Positions 8,788 through 21,052 of a stretch of DNA of 64,000 nucleotides are shown here, one piece after another. The stretch covers positions 99,202,001 through 99,266,000 of the forward strand of contig OZ076409.1 in assembly GCA_964187785.1 (NCBI GenBank), in the 5' to 3' direction. Source of the stretch: Amphiscolops sp. MND2022 (Eukaryota). A program made the position numbers and the translations under genes. The notes under the pieces were generated by a model. That model did not search any database, had not been told where the DNA came from, and saw only the letters and a program-made list of their open reading frames with translations. The first letter of the stretch is position 1, and every line of letters starts with the position of its first letter.

Positions 8788-11700
8788 TCAACAAGTTAAA
8801 ACTAAAGTATCATTTACAAAATACGAAGAAACTGTTTTGACGGAGTAAAGGGACTGCAGGAAAAGCGACCAGCAACGGGGTCTTTGAAAAACAAACTGTG
8901 CCTCATCACAGGGCAGCAGAAAAACATTTGCATTTTCACAGGTGATATTATCAAGCATGAAAGTGAAAATCTGCAAGGTCAGTTGGACCCACGGAAAGTC
9001 TTCAGCATTTTCCAGAAAAAAAGTCGTGTTTACGTCACTTTCCTTGCTTTTGTTCAGGTGAGACGGAACGGGCAAATTGACGTCAGAGATTGCGCTATTG
9101 AGAGTATGTTGACAAACTGCAGCCAAATGGTGTTTCAGAAACACTTTCACAGGGAGAGAAGAAATAACTTGTTCCAAAAGATCCAGATATTCCATCCAAG
9201 AATTGCAGTCTCCGACTTTGCTACATAATCCAAAAATGGCGAGTTTCGTGAGATGTTCAAAAACTGTTTCAATGTCAAAGTCAGTTGCCTCAAAAACGAC
9301 ATTGGCAAAAATGGGCAGCGGGAATTTGACACGGTTAAAAACAACGAACTGATTGATCTGTGCTAGAAAACTGGCAAATAATTCCAGAAGCCATTCAAGA
9401 GACAAATGTTTGTAAATATTATTGACCCCACTTTGCAGAGAATTGTCGAGAAGCAAGCAAAACCAGTTTTTGAACTCAGAGCTAATTAGTGAAACGAAGT
9501 TGCATTTCTTCGGTAGCCGCTGCTGTTTCATACGTTTGCTGATTGAGATTCTCAGATTCTCGTGAAAAAATCTGTGAAACTTCAACATGGAACTGAAATG
9601 AGACAAATTGAGTTGAAACTTGGTCAAGGATTCATTCACAACTTCCATAATTTCATCTTCCACTGATTTTTTATTGCAAGCAGAGACGTAAAATGAAGAG
9701 AAAAGGTTGATGTTCTCAGTTGCAATATTTTCGACCCACTGGAACTCTAAAAGAGATAAGGGGTCAAAAATAACCAAAATATTCGGTTGGAATCTCTTTA
9801 GATGGTTTTCAAAGCTGGAACTATCAATCACAGTGATGCATAGATAAGATTTGTGACAAGACTGCTCGAATCGAATAACATTGAAACCTTTGTCATTTTC
9901 TGGGTCGACTGAAAAACTGACAAACCCTCGGAGTTTGCTTGTGAAAACGTTGAACATATCTTCATTCGGAGACACATTGAGAATTGCAATGTGAACAAAG
10001 TTGGAAAACACGCCAGACAAAATATCATTGACGTCATAAGTTTGGGCAAGATGATGAACAGCCATTTTGTTCAACCTGCTTTGAGTTTGGCCAATCTCGA
10101 AACCACAACCCAAACGATATTGCAAATTGAAGTCAAATGAATACTTGGTGCTTTTCTCACAGCCCAGCACGGCCGGGAAGTTTTCACGCAGAGACCTGCG
10201 ACGTCTCAGGTTTTGGGCCGATTTCCTCCATGACACGAACATCTGGGTTTTCAGCCTGCTGCCAACTTTGCGCTGAAATTCCGAGATGATAATTTCTTTG
10301 GCGGTTGTCGCGCTCATAGCAGTTACTACCTCTTCTACAACTGAATCAGTGATTTCTGTACAAATAGTCATTAAGGTTCGCTCTTCAGCCACTCTGTGAC
10401 GCTCGTTGATAATGTAAGAATGGGCATCTTCCGTAATAATCTCGTCCAGAAACATTTCATAAACAACCTCGAAACAATTAGACAATTTCAACCGGCGGTC
10501 ATTCACCACTTCCGCCGCAATTGATCGGACCTCGTTCTTAATAGTATCGATTTCCAAGTTGCCGTATATACCATCAATTATTACGTTGAGTGTTTGTATT
10601 TCACTAACAACCTCAATGCCTATGTTTTGGCATTGCAATTCGACTTCTTCGTGAATAAAAGCATCAACCAGCTGGTCCAGTATCAAGCCAGGGTCTGGGG
10701 TTTCGATACTCTTTATGGGTAAACCGTGATCTACTGCGTCTACATTATCAATGTCTTGGGGTCTTCTTTCGTCCTCTTGGGGCATAGACGGTTCTGGATT
10801 GGATTCGGCAAAACTGGACTTCGGGGTGTAAGTCTTGTAATTCTGATCAGTTGCTCCGTTGTTCACAATCTCTCCGAAACTGGCCACCTTTTTGCTGTCT
10901 ACCAAATAGTTGTCTTTCAAACTCGACACTTGTTCAATGAGATCTTCTATAGAATCAGAACTGGACAGTTTTTTCAACTCAACAGTTTCCAAATTTCTAT
11001 CTACTTCGAAACCAACCTTCTCCATGTAATCCAGAGTTTGCTGGATCTGTGCGAACTGGAGAATTTTCCGGATTTGTTCTGCGGTGTACAAGTTTTTGGA
11101 AGACCCACAGGCAACGGACAAGGAATTGATAATAGCAACTCTACAACTGTTGAGATACTTATGTAAGATGCAAGATGTGAGGTAATCGGCTTCGTTTCGG
11201 AATATTTTGAGGAAGCTCACATAGTTGCCAGAAGCGAAAGCTCTGTACAACTTGAGGGCCAGTTTGAACTTGGCACTGCTCCATACATCCATTGCAAACT
11301 TTTTCGCCTCCATCATTGTGGTGCCACAATCAGCGAGGTTTTTGAGAACCTCGTACGCCCTGAATTCCGCCTCGTTCCAACAAACGACCTTCCTCTGTTT
11401 AGTCGGCGCTTTATTAATAAAAGAGCCAGACTATTACAATCACTCGTTTTTTTCTTCAAGACAAATTCTAATGCGACGAAATTTTTGTTCAGTTTGTTCA
11501 ACTAAAGGAATACCTGGGAAACGCATCAAAGTTATTGCACAGGGTCGCTTCCTTTCCTTTGTTACTTTTTAAACGTAACATACAAAACCGTACGACACTA
11601 AAGGATCCCCTTTCGATTTTTTTTCAATGCTGTGACTTTTTTTCTAAAATTTTTTCATGTCTCCAAAGGGCCGCCTTCAATTTTTTGATATTTTGGATGT

Positions 11701-14700
11701 TGAAAAAGCCCAAAGGGCATTTTTAAATTTTCGGTACTATGAGACTTTCAAAATTCTCATTTTGTGTCTGAAAACTTTTTCGATATATATCCAGCAATAA
11801 TTTTTTCAACAATATGTGAATTTTTCCGTTATATCCGAACTATATTGCGTTTTTAGCATTAGATATAGCGCCGACTTTAGACGTTCCCGTCTTGTTCAGG
11901 TCATAATACATGTGTTTGAGAGTTTGTATCGATTTGCTGTAATGTTCGTCATTGACCTTGGGGTCAAAATCGTGATACTGCGCTGACCTCAGTTCGTATC
12001 CACAAACAATGTGGAACCTCGCTATCTTCTCTATAAGCTCCACACTTTCGACAGTGTGCAAGTTTTGAATGGTGATGTCATTGCGGATACTACGCGTTCG
12101 ATTCCACAGGAAGTTGAACCATACTCCAACGTTGAAAGACGGGCTGTCTTTCCTAGCATCAGGGCTGTTAGGTAGTTAAAAATATATATTTTTAACAGTT
12201 AAAAACAGTCAAAAACAACGGGTACAACAGTTAAAATGGAAAAAAAACATGTAAATTATGTTTAAAACGCTAAAAATAATATCAAAAACAAATGTTTTCA
12301 CAAAGCAATTCCATCACTTTTCGTTCATTTGGCGGTACATAAACCAGTCAGTTTTCTTAGAGCAAGCATTAAAATGACTTTCCATCTTTTCAGCATTGTT
12401 GACCATTTCGTGGTTGCAGACCCATGCCATCGGAAACTTCAGTTTTTGTCTTGAACCCATGGAATTTTGGGATTTTTCAACGTCAATTCTGTCGCAGAAC
12501 TCCAAAAAATTGAAGGGGGCCCTTTGAGAAAAAAAATTCCGAGAAAGTCTCACAATGCCGAAAAAAAACTGAAAGAGGCCTTTGGTCTCGTCCGGTATTG
12601 TATGTTACGCGGGAAACCTTTTTGGTTGAGTTCCTTGGGCCAACGGGTACAATTTGGCGTCTTCTCAAAATGTTGTAGAACTTTTGGAGTAGAACTATTT
12701 TGGTCACTTCAGGTGTATCGATTTTTTTTAAAAAAAACATTGACGAAAAGCCATGACTATAGTCGACTCTTTTCTCCAGAAAAGCGCCGACTAAAAACTG
12801 GTTTTAAAAACAGTTAAAAAAGGCTTGTTAATTAACAAGGTTATTTAACATAACAGCCCTGCCTGGCGTCAAACTCGTTCATGACCGAATCCATCAGATA
12901 GTTCATGGACAGATTGAGTCCGGTGATGGATCGCACTTCATGAGACAACGGGTTCTCCTTGTCAGCCGAAGATCTCGTATACTCCTTGACAAACTTGGAT
13001 TCCACCGCTTCCCCGGTGGCCAAGTCTGTCTCGTAATAATCTACACGGTTAGTACTCTTCCGCACTTGAACCTCCAACTCAGGGCACATATCGTCGCAAG
13101 TTCCTAGAATGAAGTAAAAAAACATCATCAGTGAGTTGTACACGATACACGACAGGATACAAGATAGATTTTTTTTCGTTTTTTATACACGAACCTACAC
13201 GATTCTTTGAGATATACACGAAATTACACGATAATTAAATTGAGCGCGTGAATGTGGCAATTGACCGTAGGAATTGAATTGCATTGCATGAATTGATCCA
13301 AAAAATGATCCTTGAAGTTTTAGCCATTTCAGCAAGCCCGGGAGCAGTCGAAAGGGTAGTTTATCAATACGATGCGCAAACAGAAACCGCAAAAAAACTT
13401 GAACATTTTGCTGATTATTTTTTATGTACAAAAATACACGAATCACGTAACTGTTTTTGCAAGTAGACGAAAAACTTGATACACGACAATCCACTGATTA
13501 ACAGAAACATTTTTAACGAATGGAAACGATTAAGGTTCTTCATGACAGGAGCCAATACTCATCAAACAAGACGAGAACGTCTAAAGTCGGCGCCATATTT
13601 AAGGCACAAAAAGCGCAAAACATTTTGGAAAAAAATGAAATTTTTGAAAAAAATTTTCTTTCAAAAAAAGTCAAGTGCCAAAAAATTTAAAAGGGGGACC
13701 CATCTGGATTTATTAACATACATTCCATTGCAAATTATCAAAAAACTCGAAGGGGGACCCTTTGGGGACATAAAAAAATTTTCGAAAAAAAGTCGCACAG
13801 TGCCGAAACAAAATTGAAAGTGGGGACCCTTTGGTCTCTTCCGGTTTTGTAGGTTACGTAAAAAAGGTAAAAAATGAAAGGGGGGACCCTTTGCACCAAG
13901 TTTCCATTGGCCTGACTTGGCCTCAGTAGTCTTATCAGTTTCTGTAAAAAGTGGTACATACGCGATGAGCTCTGTGGTCTGACGAAAAAAAAGAAAAAAA
14001 AACTAGCCACTGTAATAGTCGGGCTTTTTTCCTTAAAGGAAAAGGCGCCGACTTAAAATGGTCACTGTTATAGTCGGGCATTTTTCCTTACAAGGATAAA
14101 GCGATAAAGCGCCGACTAAAAACCACTATCAAAGAATTAACGGCGGCGCCGGAATTTTCCAGTTATTTGATTGGCGGTTCGTAAATTTGGTTTTAAAGTT
14201 TCTTTTGATATCACATTTTTTTCAGCTAAAAGGTGAATTTGTTGAAATTGGCGAGAAAAAAGCTTCAATCCTGTGCAAAATGTGCATTATTAAGAGATTA
14301 TTTAAAGATTTCAGCTGGAAAGTAATTTGAAAATTCGCCCAGTTTTCGAAACCCATCACATTTACGCAATCTTGCAAAAGTATAGTAAAATTTAGGTATT
14401 TGCAGATCCTCAATACAAAAATTTACGTTTTACAATTTTTAGTGATGTCCATTTATATTAATAGCCTTGGAAAAACCACCATCCGCAACTGCTGGTGATG
14501 GTAGAATACACAGAATTCTTCTTGCCGCTTCACTAAGCCTGGGGAATTCATTAGTTTTTGACAATTTATTAGTTGTCTGTAATTCTATGCTGCAATTACA
14601 GCAGGGGGCTTTTTTTAACGACCCTGAGGGGCAGTTGATTTTAATGCCGGTATAAAAACTGTCGTTATAAAGATTGTCGTTACAAGCATTTAGAGCATGA

Positions 14701-16843
14701 CAGGAATTTGGAAAATGGTCGTTATAAACGCTCGTCGTTATAAAGCACTCCGTTATAAACATCCCCTAATGTAGTGTGAACAAGACGGCAACGTCTAAAG
14801 TCGGCGCTATATCTAAGGCTCAAAGAGCGCAAAGTTTTCAAAAACTGAAAAAAATACAATTTTTATGACAAAAAATAATCATTTCGAAAAATCTCACAAT
14901 GTCGAAAATTGTAAAAGGGGGGACCCTTTGGGGTTTTTGAAAATCCAGTTTGTTGCAAAATATCAAAAAATTGAAGGGGGACCCTTCGGAGACATTAAAA
15001 AGTTGTCGAAAAAAAAAAACGAAAAATGATCATTTTGAACAGTCTCATAGTGACGAAAAATGTAGAAGGGGGGGCTCTAGGTTTTTTCAACATCCCTTCA
15101 GTTGCAAGATATCGAAAAAAAAATGAAAGGGGGTCCTTTGGCGACAAAAAATTTTTCGAAAAAAAAGTCGCACAGTGCCGAAAAAAATCGGAAGGGGGAA
15201 CTCTTTGCACTAAGTTTGCCTTGGCCCCTTTGCCGGACTGGGCGCCTTAGGTGGTTTCAGGATTGTTTATAAAAAGTGGACCGATCAGTGTGAGGATTGT
15301 AGTCTGAAGAAAAAAAAGGTCACTGCTATAGTCGGGCATTTTTCCCTAAAAGGATAAAGCGCCGACTAAAAACACGCCTGAAATTTGAACCGAGTACCAT
15401 TTTTATCGACACTCAAATTCACGCAAAATTTGAATTCCCGATAATGTAGTCGAATTATTGTAGTTGTGGCTACTTTAAATCAAATTAATAATTTAAATTC
15501 CATTCCAATTATGAATAAAATTGGACATCACTGATAATTTCAAGGGAAAAAGGACGAACAGAACCTTTCAAGTTTTGAGATTGATCGTTTCCAGCTTTCC
15601 TCAAAGACTCGTCTCTGTCTTTCAACCACGAGATCTTCTTGGCTGTTGATCTTGACTCGACGTCCTCAGTTTTCACGCCACCCCCAAACACAGGGCCAGT
15701 AGGAATTTCTCCCGTCCAGCTAACTCGTTTGGTCGGCAGAGCAAAATTTTCAGAAGAATTCGTCGCATTTCCAAAAGAACGTTTCAACGAACTAGATGAT
15801 GCTTTTTCATTCTTCCTGGTCGTTGTTCCGAAAACACTTCCAAAAGACTTACTCTGAGTCTCTGCGTTTTCTGTACTTTCGCGTTGTGCGGAACCTCCGA
15901 AAATAGGCTGCCTGTTTGCCACGTTAGCACCAAAAGGGGAATTGCCGAAGAAAGAGGGTGTCTCCTCGGTTGCTTCAACGTTGTTCGGATGTCTTTCCGT
16001 TTCAGGATCATTTAGATCCTCGATTGCACCAGAAGCTCTGCCCATGATAGAATTCGACTTGGCTTTGGGTCTGTTCAGAGCTCGTTTCAGTAAATGAGAC
16101 CGCGCTCGTCTGGCTGAAGTTTGGGTCGGAAAAGATGCACTGTTTCTAGATCGAAAATCTTTAAATCGAGTAGTTCCATCTTCGAACTCAGACGGCGATG
16201 GCGACGACTTTTGTTGACGATTATTGGCAAACAAATTTTGGTCGTTGACCTCAACAAATATGTTGCTGTCGTTTGAGTTTCTACTGAGCTGTCTCCGAGA
16301 ATCCCAACTGCTCCTCGAAGCAAACCTCTTAACGGGTGATCTACTTGCTTTAGCGGGGAGTCGATCGCTCGGATCCAAATCGAACATCAAGTTGGAATGT
16401 TGCCCGGCATTGAAAGCATCAGCAGAAGTTCTTCTGGTCACTGTTGGTTTTCCAAAATCGTCAATATTGAAACCACTCGCATCTTCGGAGAATACAACAG
16501 CAGAATTTTTATTGGACGAGGTTGGCGATAAAGCGAGTCGATTCGTGTTTGAAGTGGGTTTGAGAGTTTTCGAAGTCGTGCTTCTACTAATTCTGTTATC
16601 ATCGGCGTAATATAGTTTCATGGGTGGATACGAATCTTGGATGATGGCCGCATTCCGTTTCGCACTGGCAGCGTCGCTTGCAGTCTGGAACAAAACCTTG
16701 GCCAGTTTTTTTCTGGGAGACGCGACTACTCCTTGTACGGTTCCAAACCTCGAAAAATGGACCCTGAGACGCTCCTCCGAGTTGAACTCGTCAGGCACAT
16801 TTTCGCAAATCAAAGAACGGAACTTCTGTTGATTGAAAAACAT
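8788..16843 (-). CDS. MCM3AP: GANP/SAC3 family TREX-2 scaffold (MCM3AP homolog), multi-exon; 3' end unresolved
   Basis: Exon ~16843-15565 (RRM CENVPDEFNSEERLRVHFSRFGTV, FG motifs). Exon 13103-12863 (GTCDDMCPE...VKEYTRSSAD). Exon 12152-~11897 (WNRTRSIRNDITIQ...IEKIARFHI...FDPKVNDEH). Segment ~11400-8788 (CWNEAEFRAYEVL, GNYVSFLK, YLTSCILHKY). Phase-1 GT-AG intron 15564-13104 gives LKGTCDDMCPE. Confidence 0.85.
11401..11896 (+). mobile_element. HINE family 1 copy inserted in GANP coding sequence
   Basis: Begins AGTCGGCGC and ends GCGCCGACTTTAGACGTTCCCGTCTTGTT; removing it joins YYDL to KQRKVVCWNEAEF. Confidence 0.8.
12160..12861. mobile_element. hAT-like MITE (contains a nested partial HINE, ~12462-12792)
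   Basis: Perfect 11-bp TIR CAGGGCTGTTA/TAACAGCCCTG; 8-bp flanks CCTAGCAT (12152-12159) and CCTGGCGT (12862-12869), 6/8 identical, read as a decayed TSD. Confidence 0.8.
13565..14117 (-). mobile_element. HINE family 1 copy (intronic, duplicated subterminal end)
   Basis: AACAAGACGAGAACGTCTAAAGTCGGCGC start; GCGCCGACT ends at ~14053 and 14117. Confidence 0.7.
14779..15367 (-). mobile_element. HINE family 1 copy (intronic)
   Basis: Same termini and internal subrepeats as 6941-7416. Confidence 0.7.
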
Positions 16844-16968
16844 TCGACAAAACCTGAAAGAAATTGAAAAACCTTCGACAAAACCTGAAAGAAATTTGAA
16901 AATCTTATTTTTGTAGAGTGAAATTTGCCTAAATTATACTAAAATGTATTTGGACTGGTCGAATATTA

Positions 16969-17328
16969 CAATCGAACTCGGATAAAAGAAACATTTGGAT
17001 TCAAGACCCCCGCTAAGCACCGGGATATTTTCCGCTAAAAATGTAACGCATCAGTCCGGATTCGAACCCACGACCTCGTGTCTGCCAGGCAGAGGCACTT
17101 CCAACTGCACCATGGTGACTAGAATTTACTAAAGGGAGATTTTACAGAATTGAGGAAAAAACGCAACACAAATTACAACTTTCCGCCCCATTATATTTGG
17201 GGGAAAATATTAAGAAACGTTTTCACTCCTCCGCTTTTATGCAAGACAAACTTTCTACGTTAATAGGACCACTGATAAAAAACTCTTTTCTTACCGCCCT
17301 CTGAGTTTCTTTTATCCGAGTTAGACTG
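16969..17328. mobile_element. Tc1/mariner-type (pogo/Tigger-like) MITE
   Basis: 24-bp TIR CA(A/G)TC(G/T)AACTCGGATAAAAGAAAC with 2 mismatches, TA on both sides; carries a nested family-2 repeat. Confidence 0.75.
17001..17207 (-). mobile_element. Family-2 short repeat (HINE-like ends) containing a tRNA-derived A/B-box segment
   Basis: Minus strand TGGTGCAGTTGG...GGTTCGAATCC; related copies at 50450-50559, 56198-56449 and 56451-56684. Confidence 0.6.
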
Positions 17329-18214
17329 TAATTCAGTGGGTAATAGTACTAAAGTAGTGGCACCCGCTTGCTTTATAGTCCCAAACTGGAGATTTTCGGA
17401 GAACTTGAGAAACTTCAAAAAGCAACAAATCCACGTCCACCGTCTTGGTGATATGATTCAAAACTGAAGTTCAAACGAAAACGCCTCCTTTGTAAACAAG
17501 GCATCCGCTAAACACCAAATTATAGTGTTCTCAGGCCTGAACTATTTGATTTTAGGCACTTTTCGATTATTGGATAAATACGAAAAATATGAAAACGGAT
17601 CAAAACTTTCCGCAAAAAATATAAACCGTCAAAGAACAAAAAAACAATTTAGACATTTTAGAAGTGCATGAAATATGAACGAATGATTAAAAAACCAGAA
17701 AATGTTTGAAGAAAACCTTCCAGCGTAGTTCTCTACATTAAAAAGTTTCTGACACCATTAAATTTGTATGTCATATTGAAAATTCCAAAATATAAGACAT
17801 AACAAAAGTCGGCGAACGTTTAAGGCTCAGAAAGAGCAATAAAACTCCAAGGCGTAAAGAAATCTTTTGAATAAACTCCCGATCTCAATGCAGAGAAATT
17901 CCAAAGGAGATAATTTTTTTACCAGAAATAAAAGAAACAAGCCTTTTCTGCTGATTTATCAGAAAAAAACCAAAGCGACAACTTTTATACAACAATTTTC
18001 ATACAACGTTTACGGCTACTTCGTCCGGATTGAAAAAAAATTAAAGTGCCGGCTAAAAAATCACTATAATAGTCGGTGTTTTAATTCCTAAAGCACCGAC
18101 TTTAAAATAGTTGTCGAAACATATGATCCCTCTTCCACAATTCAAAAAATTTTCAGAGCCTTGAGCGGCGGCCAATTTGTTCTCATTTTTTATAAGGTCT
18201 CTACGAACCTTATA

Positions 18215-18570
18215 ATCAACGTTGAAAAGAGCACTTTCAACCCGCTCGTATTTGCCTGCACTGGCGGAGCTGGACCATCAGCCACGAAAGTCATAACCAG
18301 ACTTGCGTCAAAGGTCAATGAAAAAAGCACCGAAAGTTACTCTGAAGCCATTAGCTATATCCGAACCAAAATAAGCTTCGCCCTACTCCGCAGCTGCGTC
18401 CTCTGTCTAAGGGGCTGTAGGTCGACTCGCTGTCAACCAGCCATGGAGTCTTCGATTAGCGCTGTTGTCCACGAGGGAGGGCTGTCATGAACTTTGACAA
18501 TCCTTCGGGTGCGAATAACCTTAGAATCAACACCTTTTTTTGTTTTCTTCGGACATTCAATAAAATTGAG
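18215..18570 (+). mobile_element. 5'-truncated RLE-type (CRE-like) non-LTR retrotransposon 3' end
   Basis: VEKSTFNPLVFACTGGAG...RLA...YS...IRTKISFALLRSCVLCLRGCRS resembles the C-terminus of CRE-clade restriction-like-endonuclease elements; followed by a short UTR with AATAAA. Confidence 0.65.
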
Positions 18571-19113
18571 ATACGATGACCTATTTTATAAATCATCCTC
18601 CACTTGCCGATGTTTTCAGAATTTGTTTTTATGGGACCGTTACTGACACTGTAAGGAGGCTCTGCAGCTTGCAGCGTTTTGACACCTGTTCTTCTTTGCT
18701 TTTTCTTTCAATTTTTCTTTACGGACACGCCCCCTCTGTACTATGGGCACAAACAAGCTTTTAAAAACTAACTTGTGGTTCCAATACGCGCGGTCCTTTT
18801 AGGTCTCTACGAACTCATTCGAAATAGGACATGGATTACTTGAACTATTTTTTCAGCTTCAACGAATATATTGCAAAACCTACGTAGTTGCGTTGGTTCA
18901 TCCTTTCACAGATCCAAAGTTTTCACCAATCAAATTATTCGATACAGCACAAAAAGCACAGAAAAGAGCCATTTCACTGCATTTCAAAATATCTTGCATA
19001 GCATGGTCCAAAACTCATTATCTAAAAGTTACTTGAATTCAGCTGACAAAAAATGTACCATAATGACAATGTATTTAGGTATAGTACTGCTATAAAAGTT
19101 GAAATTAAGAGAA

Positions 19114-19852
19114 TTAGAAGCCATGAACTTTGACTTGTTCTCTGGAAGCGAAACCACCTTCGATCAGCAGAGTGCTCATGTTGGAGCGCTGATCGCCTTG
19201 CAGTTGAATGACTTGCCCGTACTCTGAGTGGTTTATCACAGTTCCGTTACAAGCAAACGCCTTTTTGATGAATCTGACCATCTTGATCAAATCCCAACTC
19301 TCCGACAATCCTGAAAAGATCAGGGGACTGATTTGAGATGAAAACAAAACAAAGATTTTCTGAATGCCAATTCATGATCCTACGGGAGCATATGTATGTT
19401 ATCATTTTTTGTAGCAGGCAGGAATTTCACATTGAGACTAATGAAAATCGTAAAACTTTTTTTCTGCTACACTGAAAGGTTTTAAAAACCCACTGAGGCG
19501 ATGATTCAAATATTCTAAGCAGCCATGCCAATCAACTTCAAAATTGACTGCCTTTTCAGTTGAGGGGCGTTCATTAGATCCGCTCCTTGTCGTATTTGAA
19601 GTATAAAACAAGCTATGATCGACACACTTGTTATTATTGTAAATGTAAAAATGTCTCTGATCTTCGTGGGTAACATTACTCAAGATCTTGACGGTTATTA
19701 CACGCACCTTGAATTGTCGTCAGCGTCTTACGACCGTTTCTCTGCTGTATACGAATGTGAATGTCATTCTGCTGAACAGACAATGTTCCTTCATCACGCT
19801 CATTGAAAGCTTGATCAGTTTTTGTGCTGGCCAAATTCAGAATTGTAGCCAT
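19114..19852 (-). CDS. EIF1: Eukaryotic translation initiation factor 1 (SUI1), 2 coding exons: 19852-19708 and 19310-19114 (113 aa)
   Basis: IHIRIQQRNGRKTLTTIQG / KKAFACNGTVINHSEYGQVIQLQGDQR...VKVHGF; phase-1 intron G|GTGCGT...TTTTCAG|GA. Confidence 0.93.
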
Positions 19853-20259
19853 TCTTTTCTCTGTAAAAAAAAACAATTAAACCTTCAAGGAGCATGTAAT
19901 CAGTATGTAATCCGGGATCAAAGGGGGGAAACCAAAAAACTGCAATGATACTGCTGCGTAGCAAATGAATTAGAGGTAATACAGCTGAGAAAGTTCGGTG
20001 TTACATGAGACATCAATTCTTTAGTAGCAAATAAACAAATACGATAAAATTCGACCGCATTCATTCGATCCCTGCAATTCGATCAAATGGTTCGACCACT
20101 GTCCTTTCGACCAGAAAAATTCGACCTATTTACAGCCACCCGCTAAACGTTACCATATGATCAATGTCGAAGGGAAGAAGAAAAGTGATTTTAGAATCGA
20201 AAATTTGAAATTGTACTACTAAGTTGATCTGGTAGATGTTGTAACAAAACGACTGAGTA

Positions 20260-21022
20260 CCTTCAAATGCGCTCTCATAAACTGTCGTTCTGTGTGTTCC
20301 TTAGACAGACGCTTTGAACTAAATTAAACTATGTGCTGTTAATTCTATCTCTTTGGTCTTTTTGACTGAATCTTGGTTGAATAAAGACCTCAAAGACTCT
20401 GAGATATTTTTGGGTTCTCCCTGGGTTCCGGACGTTTCGGCACAAGACGTTTCGGCAACAAGATGGCGGAAGACGTTTCGGCAACTTTTTGTTGCCGAAA
20501 CGTCTTTGGTGCCGAAACGTCTTCACAGCAGGTGAAAGACGTTTCGGCAACATTTTGTGACTTTTTTTGACTTCTTAAGAATCAATTTTTACTTTTCGTG
20601 AATGTCTCGCAAAAGTTTCAGTACTTTCCCCTTCTAATGTGGGGGCATATTCGGTGTATGCACGCTCGCCCTCACCGTCGCAAAGACCAGCTCCCACTAC
20701 GATCGCTTCGCGATCTCCGTTTCCGCTAGGTCTTTGCTCCTGTTCGACCTCGCTTAGCAAGATGGGAATATAAGCGGCCCCAAGGGGCCGCGGGGCACTA
20801 GAGGAAATGGGGACATATATGGGGCACGTTTCATACTAAAGAAAACTACAGATTATTCTTCTTGTTGCCGAAACGTCTTTGGTGCCGAAACGTCTTCACA
20901 GCAGGTGAAAGACGTTTCGGCAACTTTTTGTTGCCGAAACGTCTTCCGCCATCTTGTTGCCGAAACGTCTTGTGCCGAAACGTCTTGTTCCCTTCTCCCT
21001 TCATATATACTTCTAGAATGAA
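20260..21022 (+). pseudogene. Outer LINE, 5' part of APE endonuclease (interrupted by MITE)
   Basis: FKCALINCRSV...VFLTESWLNKDLKDSEIFLGSP|FIYTSRM, which continues at 30854 as NRE*GQYGSLLFA. Confidence 0.7.
20423..20992. mobile_element. Foldback-like MITE with long modular TIRs, GG...CC termini and 8-bp TSD (Merlin-like termini)
   Basis: TSD TTCTCCCT at 20415-20422 and 20993-21000; both ends built of GACGTTTCGGCAAC/GTTGCCGAAACGTC modules. Confidence 0.85.
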
Positions 21023-21052
21023 GGGAAACGTCAGCTTGACAGTTTGCAGTGT

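Noticed and set aside
17050..17115. tRNA gene (also ~50500, ~56250, ~56510)
   Set aside because: A/B boxes are present but acceptor and T stems do not pair convincingly; embedded in a dispersed repeat.
20049..20141. TTCGACC/TTCGATC iterations upstream of eIF1
   Set aside because: Probably one end of a truncated modular-TIR MITE; no partner end or TSD found.
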